A stretch of 64,000 nucleotides of DNA from an uncultured Thermoleophilia bacterium (lineage in GTDB: Bacteria > Actinomycetota > Thermoleophilia > UBA2241), in NCBI GenBank assembly GCA_963702475.1, contig CAVPCT010000004.1:32001-96000 (forward strand). The letters run 5' to 3'. Numbering within the stretch: the stretch's first letter is position 1; each line of letters opens with the position of its first letter. Shown here in pieces: positions 36,539 to 47,962 of this stretch. The notes below the pieces were generated by a model. It ran no database searches, was not told where the DNA came from, and worked only from the letters and a program-made list of their open reading frames with translations. The translations under genes were made by a program, and so were the position numbers.

Positions 36539-37486
36539 ATGCTCCGTCTCATCGGTCGCCGGCTGCTGCTCATAGTACCGACGCTGATCCTCGCGTCGAT
36601 ACTGATCTTCGCACTCGCGGAGGTGCTGCCCGGCGACGTGGGACGCTCCATCCTGGGGCCCTACGCCACCCAGGAGCAGGTCGAGATCCTCAACGAGCAG
36701 CTCGGGGCCGACAAGCCGCTCTACGAGCGCTACCTCACGTGGGCCGGCAACTTCGTCACCGGCGACTGGGGCGAGTCGCTCCTCCTCAGGGTACCGGTCT
36801 TCCCCACGGTGATGAAGGCCCTCGGCAACTCGCTCGTGCTCGCCGCCTTCGCCCTCATCATCATCGTGCCGACGTCCATCCTGCTGGGCGTGTGGGCCGG
36901 GCTCAGGCGAGACAGCGTCCTCGACCGCACCATCACCATCTCGACGCTCTCGATGACGGTGATCCCCGAGTTCGTGAGCGGCGTCATCCTCCTCTACGTC
37001 TTCGCGGTGTGGCTCAAGTGGCTGCCGGTCACCGCCATGCCGCCCGACGGCTCGCCCTTCTACGAGCGCCTCTACTACCTCATCCTCCCGGCCATCCCGC
37101 TGATGTTCCTCGAGCTGGGCTACATCGCCAGGATGGCGCGCGTCGGCACCGTGCAGGTGCTCGCCATGCCCTACATCCGCACCGCCGTGCTCAAGGGCCT
37201 GCCGCGGCGCCGGGTCGTCACCGGGCACGTGCTGCGCAACGCCATGGTGCCGACCGTCACCGTCATCGGCAGCCAGGTCGGCTGGCTGATCGGCGGCCTC
37301 GTGGTCATCGAGACGCTCTTCGTCTACCCCGGCATCGGCAAGCTCATGGTCGACGCCGCGCAGACGCACGACCTGCCCATGCTGGAGGCCGCCGTGCTCA
37401 TGGTCGCCATCATCTACATGGTCTCCAACCTCATCGCCGACATCGTCGTTGCCCTGCTCAACCCGCGCATCAGGATGGGCGCCTGA
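36539..37486 (+). CDS. Peptide-type ABC transporter permease (DppB/OppB-like)
   Basis: Hydrophobic helices, LPGD, GDWGES and the YIRTAVLKGL EAA loop. Confidence 0.9.
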   Translation: MLRLIGRRLLLIVPTLILASILIFALAEVLPGDVGRSILGPYATQEQVEILNEQLGADKPLYERYLTWAGNFVTGDWGESLLLRVPVFPTVMKALGNSLVLAAFALIIIVPTSILLGVWAGLRRDSVLDRTITISTLSMTVIPEFVSGVILLYVFAVWLKWLPVTAMPPDGSPFYERLYYLILPAIPLMFLELGYIARMARVGTVQVLAMPYIRTAVLKGLPRRRVVTGHVLRNAMVPTVTVIGSQVGWLIGGLVVIETLFVYPGIGKLMVDAAQTHDLPMLEAAVLMVAIIYMVSNLIADIVVALLNPRIRMGA

Positions 37487-37487
37487 C

Positions 37488-38508
37488 ATGGCTGACGAGC
37501 GCCCCACACCCTTCGGCCCCGAGCCGGACCTCGAAGGCCGCACCGGCCAGTTCGGCGACGACCCCGAGATGCTCGAGCTGCGCGCCGAGGCGGCCGCGGC
37601 CGGCCGCGAGGCCGTCCTGCCCGGCACCGGCGCGCGCCAGGAGAAGGTGCTCGAAGCCGACGCCGCGGCGGCGGCCGAGCAGAAGCGCCAGCGCCGCTAC
37701 CTGGTCCGCGCGCTGCTGCGCAGCCCCACCTTCATGACCGGCCTCGTCATCGTGCTCTTCTGGGTGTTCATGGCGGCCTTCTCCACGCTCATCACGCAGG
37801 ACCCCTACGCCCAGGACGCGCTGAACTCGCTGAAAGCGCCCGAGCCCCTCGCACTGGTTCGGCACCGACGACCTCGGGCGCGACGTCTTCGCGCGCGCCA
37901 TGGCGGGCGCGCGCACGGTGCTCATCATCGCGCCCCTGGCGACCGTCCTCGCGCTTCTCTGGGGCGCCGTCATCGGCCTCATCGCCGGCTTCTGGCGCGG
38001 CCTTACCGACGAGGTCATCATGCGTCTCGTCGACGTGCTCCTGGCGCTGCCGATCATCATCACGAGCATCCTCATCCTCTCGCTGCTCGGCACCGGCACG
38101 GCCATCATCATCGTCACCATCGGCGCCCTCTTCACGCCGGTCGTCAGCCGCACCGTGCGCGCCGCCGTGATCGGCGAGCGCGAGCGCGAGTACGTCATGG
38201 CGGCGCGCCTGCGCGGCGAGCGCTCGGCCTTCGTCATGGCCCGCGAGATCCTCCCCAACATCACCCAGCCCATCGTCGTGGAGGGCACCGTGCGCCTGGG
38301 CTACGCGGTGTTCACCGCCGCCACCCTCTCCTTCCTCGGCTTCGGCCTCGCCCCACCCAGCCCCGACTGGGGCCTCACCATCGCCAACCAGCGCGTCTTC
38401 CTGCAGATCGCCCCGTGGACGGTGCTCTTCCCGGCGGCAGCGCTGGCCTCCCTGGTGGTGGCCGTCAACCTCATCACCGACGGTCTCGGAAGGGTGTGGA
38501 GCAAGTGA
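37488..38508 (+). CDS. Peptide-type ABC transporter permease (DppC/OppC-like); apparent frameshift near 37845
   Basis: HWFGTDDLGRDVF, EYVMAARLRG, LPN and LSFLGFG..PP.PDWG motifs. Confidence 0.85.
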
Positions 38509-40762
38509 GCGCTGAAGAGACCGTCCACAGCAACAGCGCCGCACCGCAAGAGGAGCCCGCCGCCCTCGACGTCCGCGACCTCGAGGTCACGTTCCACCGC
38601 CGCGGACGCGACCTGCCGGTGCTCAAGGGCGTGACCTTGCAGATCGCCCGCGGCGAGGCCTACGGCCTCGTCGGCGAGTCCGGCTGCGGCAAGACGACGC
38701 TGGCCATGGCGGCGATGCGTTACCTGGCCGCCAACGGCACCCTGGACAACGGCCGCGTGCTCGTCGACGGCAAGGACGTCAGCACGCTGGACGACGAGTC
38801 GCTGCGCAAGTGGCGCGGCGGCAAGGTCTCGATGGTCTACCAGGACCCGACGCCAGGCGCTGACCCCGGCGATGCGCATCGGCGACCAGCTCGCCGAGGT
38901 CTACCACTTCCACGAAGGCCTCGACAAGAACGCGGCGATCGAGAAGGCCCGCGAGAGCCTGCGGCGCGTGGCAATCCCCGATCCGGAAGCCACCCTGCGC
39001 CGGTACCCCTTCGAGCTCTCCGGCGGGCAGCAGCAGCGCGTGGTCATCGCCATGGCGCTCTCCGTGAACCCGCGCCTGCTCATCCTCGACGAGCCCACCA
39101 CCGGCCTCGACGCCACCGTCGAGGCCGAGATCCTCGACCTCATCGATGAGCTGCGCGGGCGCATCAACGCCGCCATCCTGCTGATCACGCACAACCTCGG
39201 GCTCGTGGCCCGGCTCTGCGAGCGCGTCGGCGTGCTCTACGCCGGGCGCCTCGTCGAGGAGGGCCCGGCCCGCGACATCTTCACCGACCCGCGCCACCCC
39301 TACACCATGGGCCTCTTCCGCTGCGTGCCGCGCTTCGGCATGAACAAGACCGACGCCGCCCTGCAGACCATCCCCGGCACCCTGCCGGCCCTCGGCGAGC
39401 CGCTCGCCGGCTGCGTCTACTCGGCCCGCTGCCCCATGGCCAAGGACGTCTGCGTGCGCCGCGAGCCCGACCTCTACGCCTACCCCGGCGAGGCGGCACG
39501 CAGGGCTGCGAGACGGCCCTGGCCATGGACCCGGACCCGGCCGCCTACTCGCCGCACCACGCGAACCCTGTGGGCGAGGGCGCGCGCCACACGCGCTGCT
39601 ACTTCCCCGCCGAAGTCGCCGAGATGCCGCAGATGGTCCCCGTGCTGGCCGCCAGCCTCGAGGAGCGCGGCGCCCGCGAGGCAGACGTGCTCAAGATCGA
39701 CGCCGTCGAGCGCACCTTCAAGGACGGGCGCAAGAGGCTCACCGCCGTGCACCAGGTCTCGCTGGCCCTGCAGAAGGGCGAGACCTTCGGCCTCGTCGGC
39801 GAGTCGGGTTCGGGCAAGACCACCTTGGCCAAGTGCGTCACCGGCCTCCTCGCCCCCGACGCAGGCACGATCGAGTTCGAGGGTGGTGCGCTGCGGCCCA
39901 CGGCGGCGAAGCGCTCGCAGGACGCCCTCAGGGCCATCCAGATGGTGTTCCAGAACCCGGACTCCACACTCAACCCGGCGTGGACGACGCGCGCCATCCT
40001 CACGCGCGCCGTGCGCAAGCTGGGCGGCGCGCGGAGCGGCTCCGTGCGCGCCAAGGTCGACAACCTCTCAGCCGGGGTGCGCGTCGAGCCGCGCTTCCTC
40101 TTCCAGAAGCCGATGGAGCTCTCCGGCGGGCAGAAGCAGCGCGTCGCCATCGCCCGCGCCTTCGCCGGCGACCCCACGCTCGTCGTTTGCGACGAGCCCG
40201 CCAGCGCCCTCGACGTCTCCGTGCAGGCCAGCATCCTCAACCTGCTCGTCGAGCTGCAGACGAAGGAGAAGGTCTCCTACGTGTTCATCAGCCACGACCT
40301 CGCAGTGGTGCAGGTACATCTCAGACCGCATCGGCGTGATGTACCTCGCCGAGCTCATCGAGGTCGGCTCCTCGGAAGAGGTCTTCAGCGCCCCACACCA
40401 CCCCTACACCGAGGCCCTGCTCAGCTCCATCCCCAAGCTGGACTTCGAGAGCCCCAGCCAGCGCATCCCGCTGCGCGGGACGATGCCGAGCCTGAGCGAC
40501 CCGCCGAGCGGGCTGCCGCTTCCATACCCGCTGCCACCGCTACCTCGGCGACATCTGCGCGACCCAGGAGCCGCCCGAGCAGGAGACCGGGGACGGCCAC
40601 ATCTACGCCTGCCACATCCCGCCGGACGAGCTCCTGCGGCTGCAGACCGAGACCATGGCGAGCGGCGAGGGCGCGAAGCGCGTCGCCGACATGCAGGCGC
40701 GTCAGGCCGAGGAGATGGCGGCCGGCGAGGCCGCCCTCAGCGAAGGGCCAAGCGCCGGCTGA
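38505..40762 (+). CDS. Fused double ABC ATPase (DppD/F-like); several apparent frameshifts
   Basis: Two Walker A motifs (GESGCGKT, GESGSGKT), two LSGGQ signatures and two HPYT motifs spread over different frames. Confidence 0.8.
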
Positions 40763-41092
40763 AGGTGCGTTGCCGAGAACGGCCGCCCCTGCGGGTACCG
40801 TCCTGAGAACGGCCGCCGTCTCGCTCGCGGTCAGACGGAGGGCGTCGAGGTCTACCGACGGGTGCTCAAGTCGACTGAAATGGGACGCACCCCCCAAGGC
40901 GTACCGACAGGGTCCGGCGACAGCCGAGCTGCCGGCTTCCACCTTCGCCACGAGCCCAGTGTGGACAGACGTGGTCAGTTGCCGCCTCCTGCGATCCAAC
41001 AAACCCGGCACACACGCAACGGCGGGTGGTCGAGAAGACCTCACCCGCGGGCGGGCCTGGCTGGCCCCGAGACGAGCCGCGACCGCGGGCCG

Positions 41093-41980
41093 TCAGGCGG
41101 ACGGTGGATCCGCCGCGGAGGCGAACCCCAGGCGCCGCCAGACGTCGTCGGCCAGTCCTGCTGCGGCGCGGCACTTGTACCCGAGCGAGTAGCGGCCCGG
41201 GATCGAGCGGCACACGGCGGCCGCGCAGGCCTCGACGAACGCCATAGCGGTCGCCGCGTTCGTCCTGCGCCCGGCGAGCGCCTGCTCCACCAGAGGGTCG
41301 CGGAAGGCGGTCTCGCCGACCGCGCCCAGCGCGACGCGCACCTCCCCGAACGACTCGCCATCAGCAGCGACGTCGACGGCCACGGCGGCGCTGAGGCGCG
41401 CCACCGTCACCGCCGTGCGCGAGCCGATCTTGGCGAAGGCTGTGCGCCAGCGCTGTCCGAGCGCGCGGAAGACGAACGCGGCGATGACCTCGTCCGGGGC
41501 GAGCGAAGTGCGACCGGGTCCGGTGACGATCTCCGCGACCGGCCTGAGCGTGACGCCGCCGCGGCCGTCCCACAGCTCGGCGTCGGCGTCGAGAGCGAGC
41601 AAGGCCGGGATGCTGTCGCCGCACGGGGAAGCGTTCGCTACGTTGCCCCCGACCGTGGCGGCGTTCCTGATCTGCATCGAACCGACAGAGCCGGCAGCGT
41701 CGGCGAGGCACCGGGCATGCTGCAGGAGCACGGGGTCCTCCTGCAGCTGCGAGAACGTGCACGCGGCACCGACGCGCACCAGGCCATCGGCCAGCGCCAC
41801 GCCGCGCAGCTCGTCGACGCCGCCCAGGTCGACGAGCAGGTCCGGGCGCAGATGCTCTTTCGTCATCGCCCGGACCAGGTCGGTGCCGCCCGCGAGCAGG
41901 CGGCTCGCCGGGCCCATCTCGGCCAGCGCCGCGGTCAGCGCCGCGCGGTCGTGGGGAGCCAGGAGGCGCGTCTCGTTCAC
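41093..41980 (-). CDS. Molybdenum hydroxylase (xanthine dehydrogenase family) FAD subunit
   Basis: LAGGTDL and QIRNAATVGGNVANASP motifs. Confidence 0.9.
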   Translation of the reverse strand: MNETRLLAPHDRAALTAALAEMGPASRLLAGGTDLVRAMTKEHLRPDLLVDLGGVDELRGVALADGLVRVGAACTFSQLQEDPVLLQHARCLADAAGSVGSMQIRNAATVGGNVANASPCGDSIPALLALDADAELWDGRGGVTLRPVAEIVTGPGRTSLAPDEVIAAFVFRALGQRWRTAFAKIGSRTAVTVARLSAAVAVDVAADGESFGEVRVALGAVGETAFRDPLVEQALAGRRTNAATAMAFVEACAAAVCRSIPGRYSLGYKCRAAAGLADDVWRRLGFASAADPPSA

Positions 41981-42450
41981 CGCGCCTCCCCCCCAATCTC
42001 ACTCGCCGCGCGGACCGCGGCCACGATGGCCTCATACCCGGTGCACCGACAGAGGTTGCCGGCAAGTGCGAGGCGTATCTTCGCCTCGTCCGGATGCGGG
42101 CTCCTCAGCAGCAGCGCCCTGGCCGCCATGAGCATGCCCGGCGTGCAGAATCCACACTGGATGGCGCCGTGGGCGATGAACTGCCGCTGGAGCTCGTCCA
42201 GCTCTCCGTCGTGTGCGAGCCCTTCCACAGTCAGCACACGCCGACCGCGCACCTGCGCAGCGAGCATCAGACAGGAGTCCACTGCCCGGTCGTCGACAAG
42301 CACCGTGCAGGCGCCGCACTCGCCCTCACCGCAGCCCTCCTTGGTCCCGGTGAGGCCGAGGTCGCGACGCAGCACGTCGATGAGGCGCGCCGCCGGGTCC
42401 ACCTCCAGCCGCCGGGAGAGCCCGTTGACCTCGAACTCGAGCAGCATCAC
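41977..42450 (-). CDS. Molybdenum hydroxylase [2Fe-2S] subunit
   Basis: GTKEGCGEGECGAC, QCGFCTPG and GNLCRCTGY motifs. Confidence 0.93.
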   Translation of the reverse strand: MMLLEFEVNGLSRRLEVDPAARLIDVLRRDLGLTGTKEGCGEGECGACTVLVDDRAVDSCLMLAAQVRGRRVLTVEGLAHDGELDELQRQFIAHGAIQCGFCTPGMLMAARALLLRSPHPDEAKIRLALAGNLCRCTGYEAIVAAVRAASEIGGEAR

Positions 42451-44750
42451 GCCTCACCGCCCTTCGCGGCCACCACCGCGACGACCTTCTCGGGTGTCAC
42501 GGGGAGGTCAGTGAAGGTCACGTCCAAGGCGTGGTTCATGGCGTTCACGACGGCAGCGGCCGTCGGCACGGTGGCGATCTCGCCGATGCTCTTGGCACCG
42601 TAGGGCCCGTCATCGCCCTCGTGTTCGATGAAGAGCACGCGCACCTCGGGCATGTCGGGGGCGTTGACGAGGTGGTAGTTCTTGAACCCGCCGGACGCGG
42701 GCCGGCCGCGGTCGTCCAGCCGCACCTCTTCACACAGCGCATAGCCGATGCCCATCTGTACCCCGCCGAGATACTGGCCGCGCGCCATCAACGGGTTGAG
42801 TGCGCGGCCGACGTCCGCTGCCACCAGCAGGTCGGTGACCCGCGTGAGGCCGGTGGCGATGTCGACGGTGACCTCCGCGAACTGGACACAGTACGACCCG
42901 GGATTGCTGCGCGCCGTGTGCGTGTGGTGGACGAAGACGTCCTGTCCGAGCCGGGTCTTGGCCGCCATGACAACCTCGGCGTAGGCCAGGACGGCGGCGG
43001 CATCCGTGCGGCTGCGCACCTCGCCGGCGGCCGCCACCAGCTCCTGAGCGGGCCTGCCCAGCAGAACCGCGGCCAGCTCGACCAGCCGCGCACGCAGGGC
43101 GCCGGCGGTGGCCTGGGCGCCGGCGCCGCACACGTAGGTGACGCGGCTGCCGTAGCAGCCGAAGTCGTAGGGGGTCGCGTCGCTGTCGCCCTCGGTGACC
43201 AGCACGGCATCGGGGCTGATGCCCAGCTCCTCGGCGACGATGAGCTGCATCAGGGTGAGGCAGCCGGCGCCCATCTCGTGGAGCGAGGCCGAGAGCGCGA
43301 CGCTGCCGTCCTCGTTCATGCGCGCGGCCATGGTGCAGAAGTCGCTGAACGACTCGGAGAGGATGCCGTTCTTGTGGGCCGCACAGGCGAGGCCGACCCC
43401 GGTGCGATACCGTTCGGCGCGCGCCGGCGTCCGGCGCCGCTCGCGCCAGCCGAACGCCTCCGCACCACGCCTCAGACACTCGCGCACGCGGGCGTCGCCG
43501 AGCGCCATGCATGTGAGCGGTTCGACGTCGAAGGGCTCGACCAGGTTGCGCAGGCGCAGGTCGAGAGGGTCGATGCCCAGCCGGCGTGCGACCTGGTCCA
43601 TACCGATTTCGACCGCCGTGAGGATCTCCGGCGCCCCGTAGGCGCGGGCGCCGCCGGCCACCGGCGTCGTGGTGTACACCACCCGCCCGTGGTGGCGGTA
43701 GTGCGGCGTGCGGTAAAGCCGGCCGAACTTGTGCGACATCATCTCGGCGTAGTCGAGCGAACTGGTGGCGTAGGCGCCGGCGTCGAGGACGCAGTCCACG
43801 TCGACGCCGGCGAGGACGCCGTCGCCTTCCACCGTGAAAGACACCGTGGATTCCGTGGCGGGGCGCACCATCGTGGCGATGATGGCTTCCTCCCGGTCCA
43901 GCACCAGCTTGACCGGCCGGCCTGTGCGCAGCGCGAGGAACGCGGTGACCGGCTCGAGGATGAACTCCTGCTTGCCGCCGAAGGACCCGCCCATGGGGAT
44001 CTTCACGACCCGCACCTTGGTGTACGGCAGGCCGAACAGGTCGGCGACCACGGTCCTGGCTCCGAACACGCTCTGCGTAGGACTCCAGATCGTGAGCTTG
44101 CCGCTCCCGTCTGCGAGCGCAAGGCAGAGGTGCGCCTCCAGAGCTGCGTGGTGCACGCGCGGCGTACGCACCGTCGTGGTCACGGTGAGCGTGCCTGCAG
44201 ACGGCGGTGGCGCCTGCCCGGCCTCGTGCACGAACTCGTGTACCAGGTTGCCGCCGACGTGCACCGGCGGGGCACCGGCGGCCAGTCCCTGCTCCGGCGA
44301 CAGCACCGGTGGCAGCTCTTCGAACTCGAAGCGGATCAGGCGTGCCGCCTCGGCGGCGGCCCGCGGAGTGTCCGCCACAACCGCCGCCAGACGGTCGCCG
44401 ACGAAACGCGCGGTGTCTGTGAAGATCGGCTCATCCATGGGGCACTGCGCCTGACCGGGGAGGATGCGGTACCGGCTGTACAGGGCATCCGGCGCATCCC
44501 GGTGCGTGAACACGCCGGCCACGCCCGGGACCACTTCTGCGAGGGACGTGTCGACGGCGGTGACGCGTGCATGCGCCACGGGGCTCAGGACGAGCTTCGC
44601 GTGCAGCATGCCCGGGAGCACGAGGTCGTCGCCGTAGGCCAGGCCGCCGGTCGCCTTGAGCACGGCGTCGCTCACGGCGTGGTCTCTGCCGACGACGCGC
44701 AAGTGGCGCCGCCCTTGAGCTGTCGGCCTATCGGACGGTCGATCGGTCAA
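42447..44750 (-). CDS. Molybdenum hydroxylase molybdopterin-binding subunit
   Basis: GGSFGGKQ, RAYGAPE, YGSRVT and GAKSIGE motifs. Confidence 0.9.
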   Translation of the reverse strand: MTDRPSDRPTAQGRRHLRVVGRDHAVSDAVLKATGGLAYGDDLVLPGMLHAKLVLSPVAHARVTAVDTSLAEVVPGVAGVFTHRDAPDALYSRYRILPGQAQCPMDEPIFTDTARFVGDRLAAVVADTPRAAAEAARLIRFEFEELPPVLSPEQGLAAGAPPVHVGGNLVHEFVHEAGQAPPPSAGTLTVTTTVRTPRVHHAALEAHLCLALADGSGKLTIWSPTQSVFGARTVVADLFGLPYTKVRVVKIPMGGSFGGKQEFILEPVTAFLALRTGRPVKLVLDREEAIIATMVRPATESTVSFTVEGDGVLAGVDVDCVLDAGAYATSSLDYAEMMSHKFGRLYRTPHYRHHGRVVYTTTPVAGGARAYGAPEILTAVEIGMDQVARRLGIDPLDLRLRNLVEPFDVEPLTCMALGDARVRECLRRGAEAFGWRERRRTPARAERYRTGVGLACAAHKNGILSESFSDFCTMAARMNEDGSVALSASLHEMGAGCLTLMQLIVAEELGISPDAVLVTEGDSDATPYDFGCYGSRVTYVCGAGAQATAGALRARLVELAAVLLGRPAQELVAAAGEVRSRTDAAAVLAYAEVVMAAKTRLGQDVFVHHTHTARSNPGSYCVQFAEVTVDIATGLTRVTDLLVAADVGRALNPLMARGQYLGGVQMGIGYALCEEVRLDDRGRPASGGFKNYHLVNAPDMPEVRVLFIEHEGDDGPYGAKSIGEIATVPTAAAVVNAMNHALDVTFTDLPVTPEKVVAVVAAKGGEA

Positions 44751-44826
44751 ACGGTCTCCTTCGCAGGCGACGCTCGTACCCGCGGGGTGGTGACTCCGGG
44801 AGGGTGGCGCTCCGGGGCGTGGCCGC

Positions 44827-46485
44827 CTAGATGAGGTTGCCGGGCGGCCGGTCTTCGGGCCGGCTCTCGTTGAACCAGCGTTCGTAGTCTACACGGACCC
44901 GGCGCGCCGTTGGAGCCGCGCAGGCGCCGCCCTCGGAGGTGCACTTGAGCGCGGCCGGCAGGGCGCGGCCCACAGCGTCGGCGACGTCCATGGCCTCGTG
45001 CAACGGAAGCACCGCCTGGTGGCCGGCGAGCGCCATGTCGGCGAACACGTGCGCCGTGCACGTGGCCGCCATGATGCGGCTGCGGCACGGCTGGCTGAGG
45101 CCCCCGGGCATGGGGTCGCACGGCATGCCGGTGAAGGCCTGCAACGTGAGCGAGGCCGCGTCCTCGGCGGCCTGCGGCGGTCCACCGGCCATCTCCACGA
45201 TGCCGGCGGCCGCCATGGCGCCGCAGATGCCGGCCTCGCCGCTGCAGCCGAGCACCTCGCCGGTCGGCTCGGTGCGGGTGTAGGCGATGGCGCCGACGCC
45301 GGCGGCCACGAACAGGCCGTGAAGCAGGGCCTCGTCGTCGAAGCCGTGCGCCTCCTGCACGGCGCTGAGGGCGGCGTACACGTACCCGCCCCCGCCGCCC
45401 ATGGGCCCGGGCACGTTGACGACGCCGGGCACGCCGGCGCCCGCACCGTAGGCGAACCGGACCGTCTGCGCCGTGATGCCGTCGGTGAGCTGAGCGGGCG
45501 TGCCCTGGTGGCGCGCCCAGCGGCCGGCGAAGTCGGGCTTGAACGGACTGGACGGTACCGCGACGTCCTCCTCGTACACGGCGCGCGTCTGGCGGCGCAT
45601 CAGCGCCGCGAGCTCGCGCATACGGTCCACCACCCACGAGCGGGGCCAGCCGGAGGCGTCCATCTCGTACTGGACGGCGACCTCCCAGAGCGGGACGCCG
45701 CCCTCTGCCGCGAGCTCGCGCCAGCGCGTCATGCTGTCGAACAGCTGCGGCTTGCGGTCGCTCTGAGAGACTACCGGGAGGAGAGGCCGCAGGAGAGCCA
45801 CGCGCACGGCCGCGGCGGCGGCACCGAGCGCCCCGCGGACCGCCGACGCGTCAGGCTCGACGGACAGCTCGTGGACGTACATGACGCCGCGCCCCTCGGC
45901 GTGCACGGCCAGGGCCGAGAGCGCCTCCGGCAGCTCGGCCCGCACCCGCTCTACGTCTTCCGCCGTCAGCGTCTCGTGCGGGTCCTGCACGACGAGCACG
46001 AAGCTGTCGCCGATGGTCCGCACGGGGAAGCCGTCGAACGACACGGCCTCGACCATGCCGCCTCCCGTGGAGTTCCCCGCGAACGCGACCATGAGTCCGT
46101 CCCGGCCGGTGAGCACGAAGCGCACGGCGTTGGGGTGGTCGCTCTCTGCGACGTGGGTGAAGACGAACTCGACCTCGACGCCGGCCTCCTCAGCCAGCTC
46201 GAAGCTGCGGAAGAGGCGCGGGTCGTCGGGGAGCATGCCGAGGACGCCGGCCACCATGGCCCTGTCCTCGGCCATGATGCCGAACGTGCCGGCGAACGAG
46301 CCGTGCTCGTCCAGCTCGATGCGCGCCCTCTTCAGCGGCTCGCCCAGCAGGTCGCCGGCGAGCCGCCCCAGGCGGCAAGGCCCGGCGGTGTGCGAGCTCG
46401 AGCCCGGCTGCATCACCGGTCCGAACACGTCGTTGAAGAGCTCGGGGTAGGGCGCGACGATCACGGGATGGGCCTCCTCAGACAC
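44827..46485 (-). CDS. Fe-S L-serine dehydratase-like protein (fused beta-alpha), divergent
   Basis: FGPVMQPGSSSHTAG and Cys motifs GCSGEAG and CDPMPGGLSQPC. Confidence 0.75.
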   Translation of the reverse strand: MSEEAHPVIVAPYPELFNDVFGPVMQPGSSSHTAGPCRLGRLAGDLLGEPLKRARIELDEHGSFAGTFGIMAEDRAMVAGVLGMLPDDPRLFRSFELAEEAGVEVEFVFTHVAESDHPNAVRFVLTGRDGLMVAFAGNSTGGGMVEAVSFDGFPVRTIGDSFVLVVQDPHETLTAEDVERVRAELPEALSALAVHAEGRGVMYVHELSVEPDASAVRGALGAAAAAVRVALLRPLLPVVSQSDRKPQLFDSMTRWRELAAEGGVPLWEVAVQYEMDASGWPRSWVVDRMRELAALMRRQTRAVYEEDVAVPSSPFKPDFAGRWARHQGTPAQLTDGITAQTVRFAYGAGAGVPGVVNVPGPMGGGGGYVYAALSAVQEAHGFDDEALLHGLFVAAGVGAIAYTRTEPTGEVLGCSGEAGICGAMAAAGIVEMAGGPPQAAEDAASLTLQAFTGMPCDPMPGGLSQPCRSRIMAATCTAHVFADMALAGHQAVLPLHEAMDVADAVGRALPAALKCTSEGGACAAPTARRVRVDYERWFNESRPEDRPPGNLI

Positions 46486-46523
46486 GTGCGGTCACCTCAC
46501 AGGCCCGCGTTCGCGCGGACCGC

Positions 46524-47651
46524 TCACGAATGATGGTACCGTTCATCACTGCGGTACCGCTCCGCGGCGCGGGCCACGGCGTCGCGGTCCAGCTCGAAGC
46601 CCAGACCCGGCGCGTCGAGCAGGCCGAGCTTGCCTCTCACCGGCGTCAGGTCCGGTGCGCTCACCAGGTCCTCGGTGAGCAGCTGATGCATGATCTGGTT
46701 ACCCTCGGTGAGATTGGCGGTGCGCAGGCCGAGGTGGTGCTGGGCGGTGTCCGTGATGCCGCTCACGCCCTGGCCGTGCAGGCACACCGAGACGCCGGCG
46801 GCCTCGGCGACTGCGGCGGCCTTGCCGAAGGCGAGCAGGCCGCCGGCCTCGTGCGGCGACAGGACGATGATGTCGGCCGCGCGCTGGCGGCAGATGTCGT
46901 ACACGTCGGCGGGCGTGAACACCGCCTGGTCGGCGGCGATGGGCACGCCGACCGACTCCTTGACCTGCCGCAGGGCGGCGATGCTGTGCAGCGGCGTGGG
47001 CTGCTCGATCCAGTCCGGCTCGAAACGCTCCAGCTTGCGGATCATGCTGATGGCCTCACCCACGCTCCAGGCGCAGTTCGGATCGAGCCGCAGGCGGAGG
47101 TCGCCGATGGCCTCGCGCACGGCGGCGGTGTTGGCGAGGTCGGCCCGCTCGCCGCGCCCGACCTTCATGTAGATGACGCCGTAGCCGTCGGCCGCGAGCC
47201 GCTCCGCGTGCGCGGCCAGCTCGTCCGTCGTGTCGCCCTGCACGAAGCCGAAGTAGTCGACCTCGTCACGCACCGCGCCGCCGAGCAGGCGGTAGACGGG
47301 CTGGCCGACTGACTTGCCGAGCGCGTCCCACAGAGCCATCTCCACGCCGGCCAGGACGAAGTTGGCATGCCAGGGCGTGTGGTTGAAGCTCCCCAGGTAG
47401 CGGGCCCGCGTGACGAGGCGCTCCACGTCCCACGCCGGCTCGCCGACGAACAGTGGCGTGACGCCGGCGATCTCGCTTGCCACGCCCTCGGCAGGGAACG
47501 CGGCCACGGATTCGCCCACACCGGAGACGCCCTCGTCGGTCACGACCTCGACCAGGACGACGGCGCACCCGTGGTCGACGCGCCCGTGCCAGTGGTACGG
47601 CTCGAGGAACCCGAGGGCCAGGGGCGTGGCCGAGATACGTGCGATCCTCAT
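46524..47651 (-). CDS. Mandelate racemase/muconate lactonizing enzyme (enolase superfamily) protein
   Basis: EMALWDALGK..GQPVYRLLGG, DPN, EQP and PGLG motifs. Confidence 0.88.
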   Translation of the reverse strand: MRIARISATPLALGFLEPYHWHGRVDHGCAVVLVEVVTDEGVSGVGESVAAFPAEGVASEIAGVTPLFVGEPAWDVERLVTRARYLGSFNHTPWHANFVLAGVEMALWDALGKSVGQPVYRLLGGAVRDEVDYFGFVQGDTTDELAAHAERLAADGYGVIYMKVGRGERADLANTAAVREAIGDLRLRLDPNCAWSVGEAISMIRKLERFEPDWIEQPTPLHSIAALRQVKESVGVPIAADQAVFTPADVYDICRQRAADIIVLSPHEAGGLLAFGKAAAVAEAAGVSVCLHGQGVSGITDTAQHHLGLRTANLTEGNQIMHQLLTEDLVSAPDLTPVRGKLGLLDAPGLGFELDRDAVARAAERYRSDERYHHS

Positions 47652-47770
47652 GGCGGTCTCCGTTGCCGGCGTTCGCTGGCGCCGCGGGTCCGGAGCGCCG
47701 GTGAGCCCCGCGAGCGGGCACACACCAGTCTCTCGCCGGCCTCCGGCGGGCGCAATGTGATGGGCCACAC

Positions 47771-47840
47771 GTCCCGGATTCGGGACTGTGTTGACGGTCA
47801 CCCGCCCCTCGCGCCGCGAATGACGTTCCAGCGCGCTGGA
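47771..47840. promoter_or_regulatory. Palindromic operators in a divergent promoter region
   Basis: GTCCCG-GATT-CGGGAC (47771-47786) and TCCAGCGCGCTGGA (47827-47840). Confidence 0.45.
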
Positions 47841-47962
47841 CGGGCTGAGGCCGTCGTTGACCTGTTCCGACAGCGCCCGGCATCATGTGTCGCGGCCACG
47901 AACGTCACGGCGCCCCATCCGGCGGTGCCCGGAGCGACATCCGGAAAGGACCCTCCCACACC

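Noticed and set aside
41093-44750. Selenocysteine (TGA) recoding or CO dehydrogenase identity of the Mo enzyme
   Set aside because: No in-frame TGA splits were seen and the CoxL AYxCSFR motif is absent.
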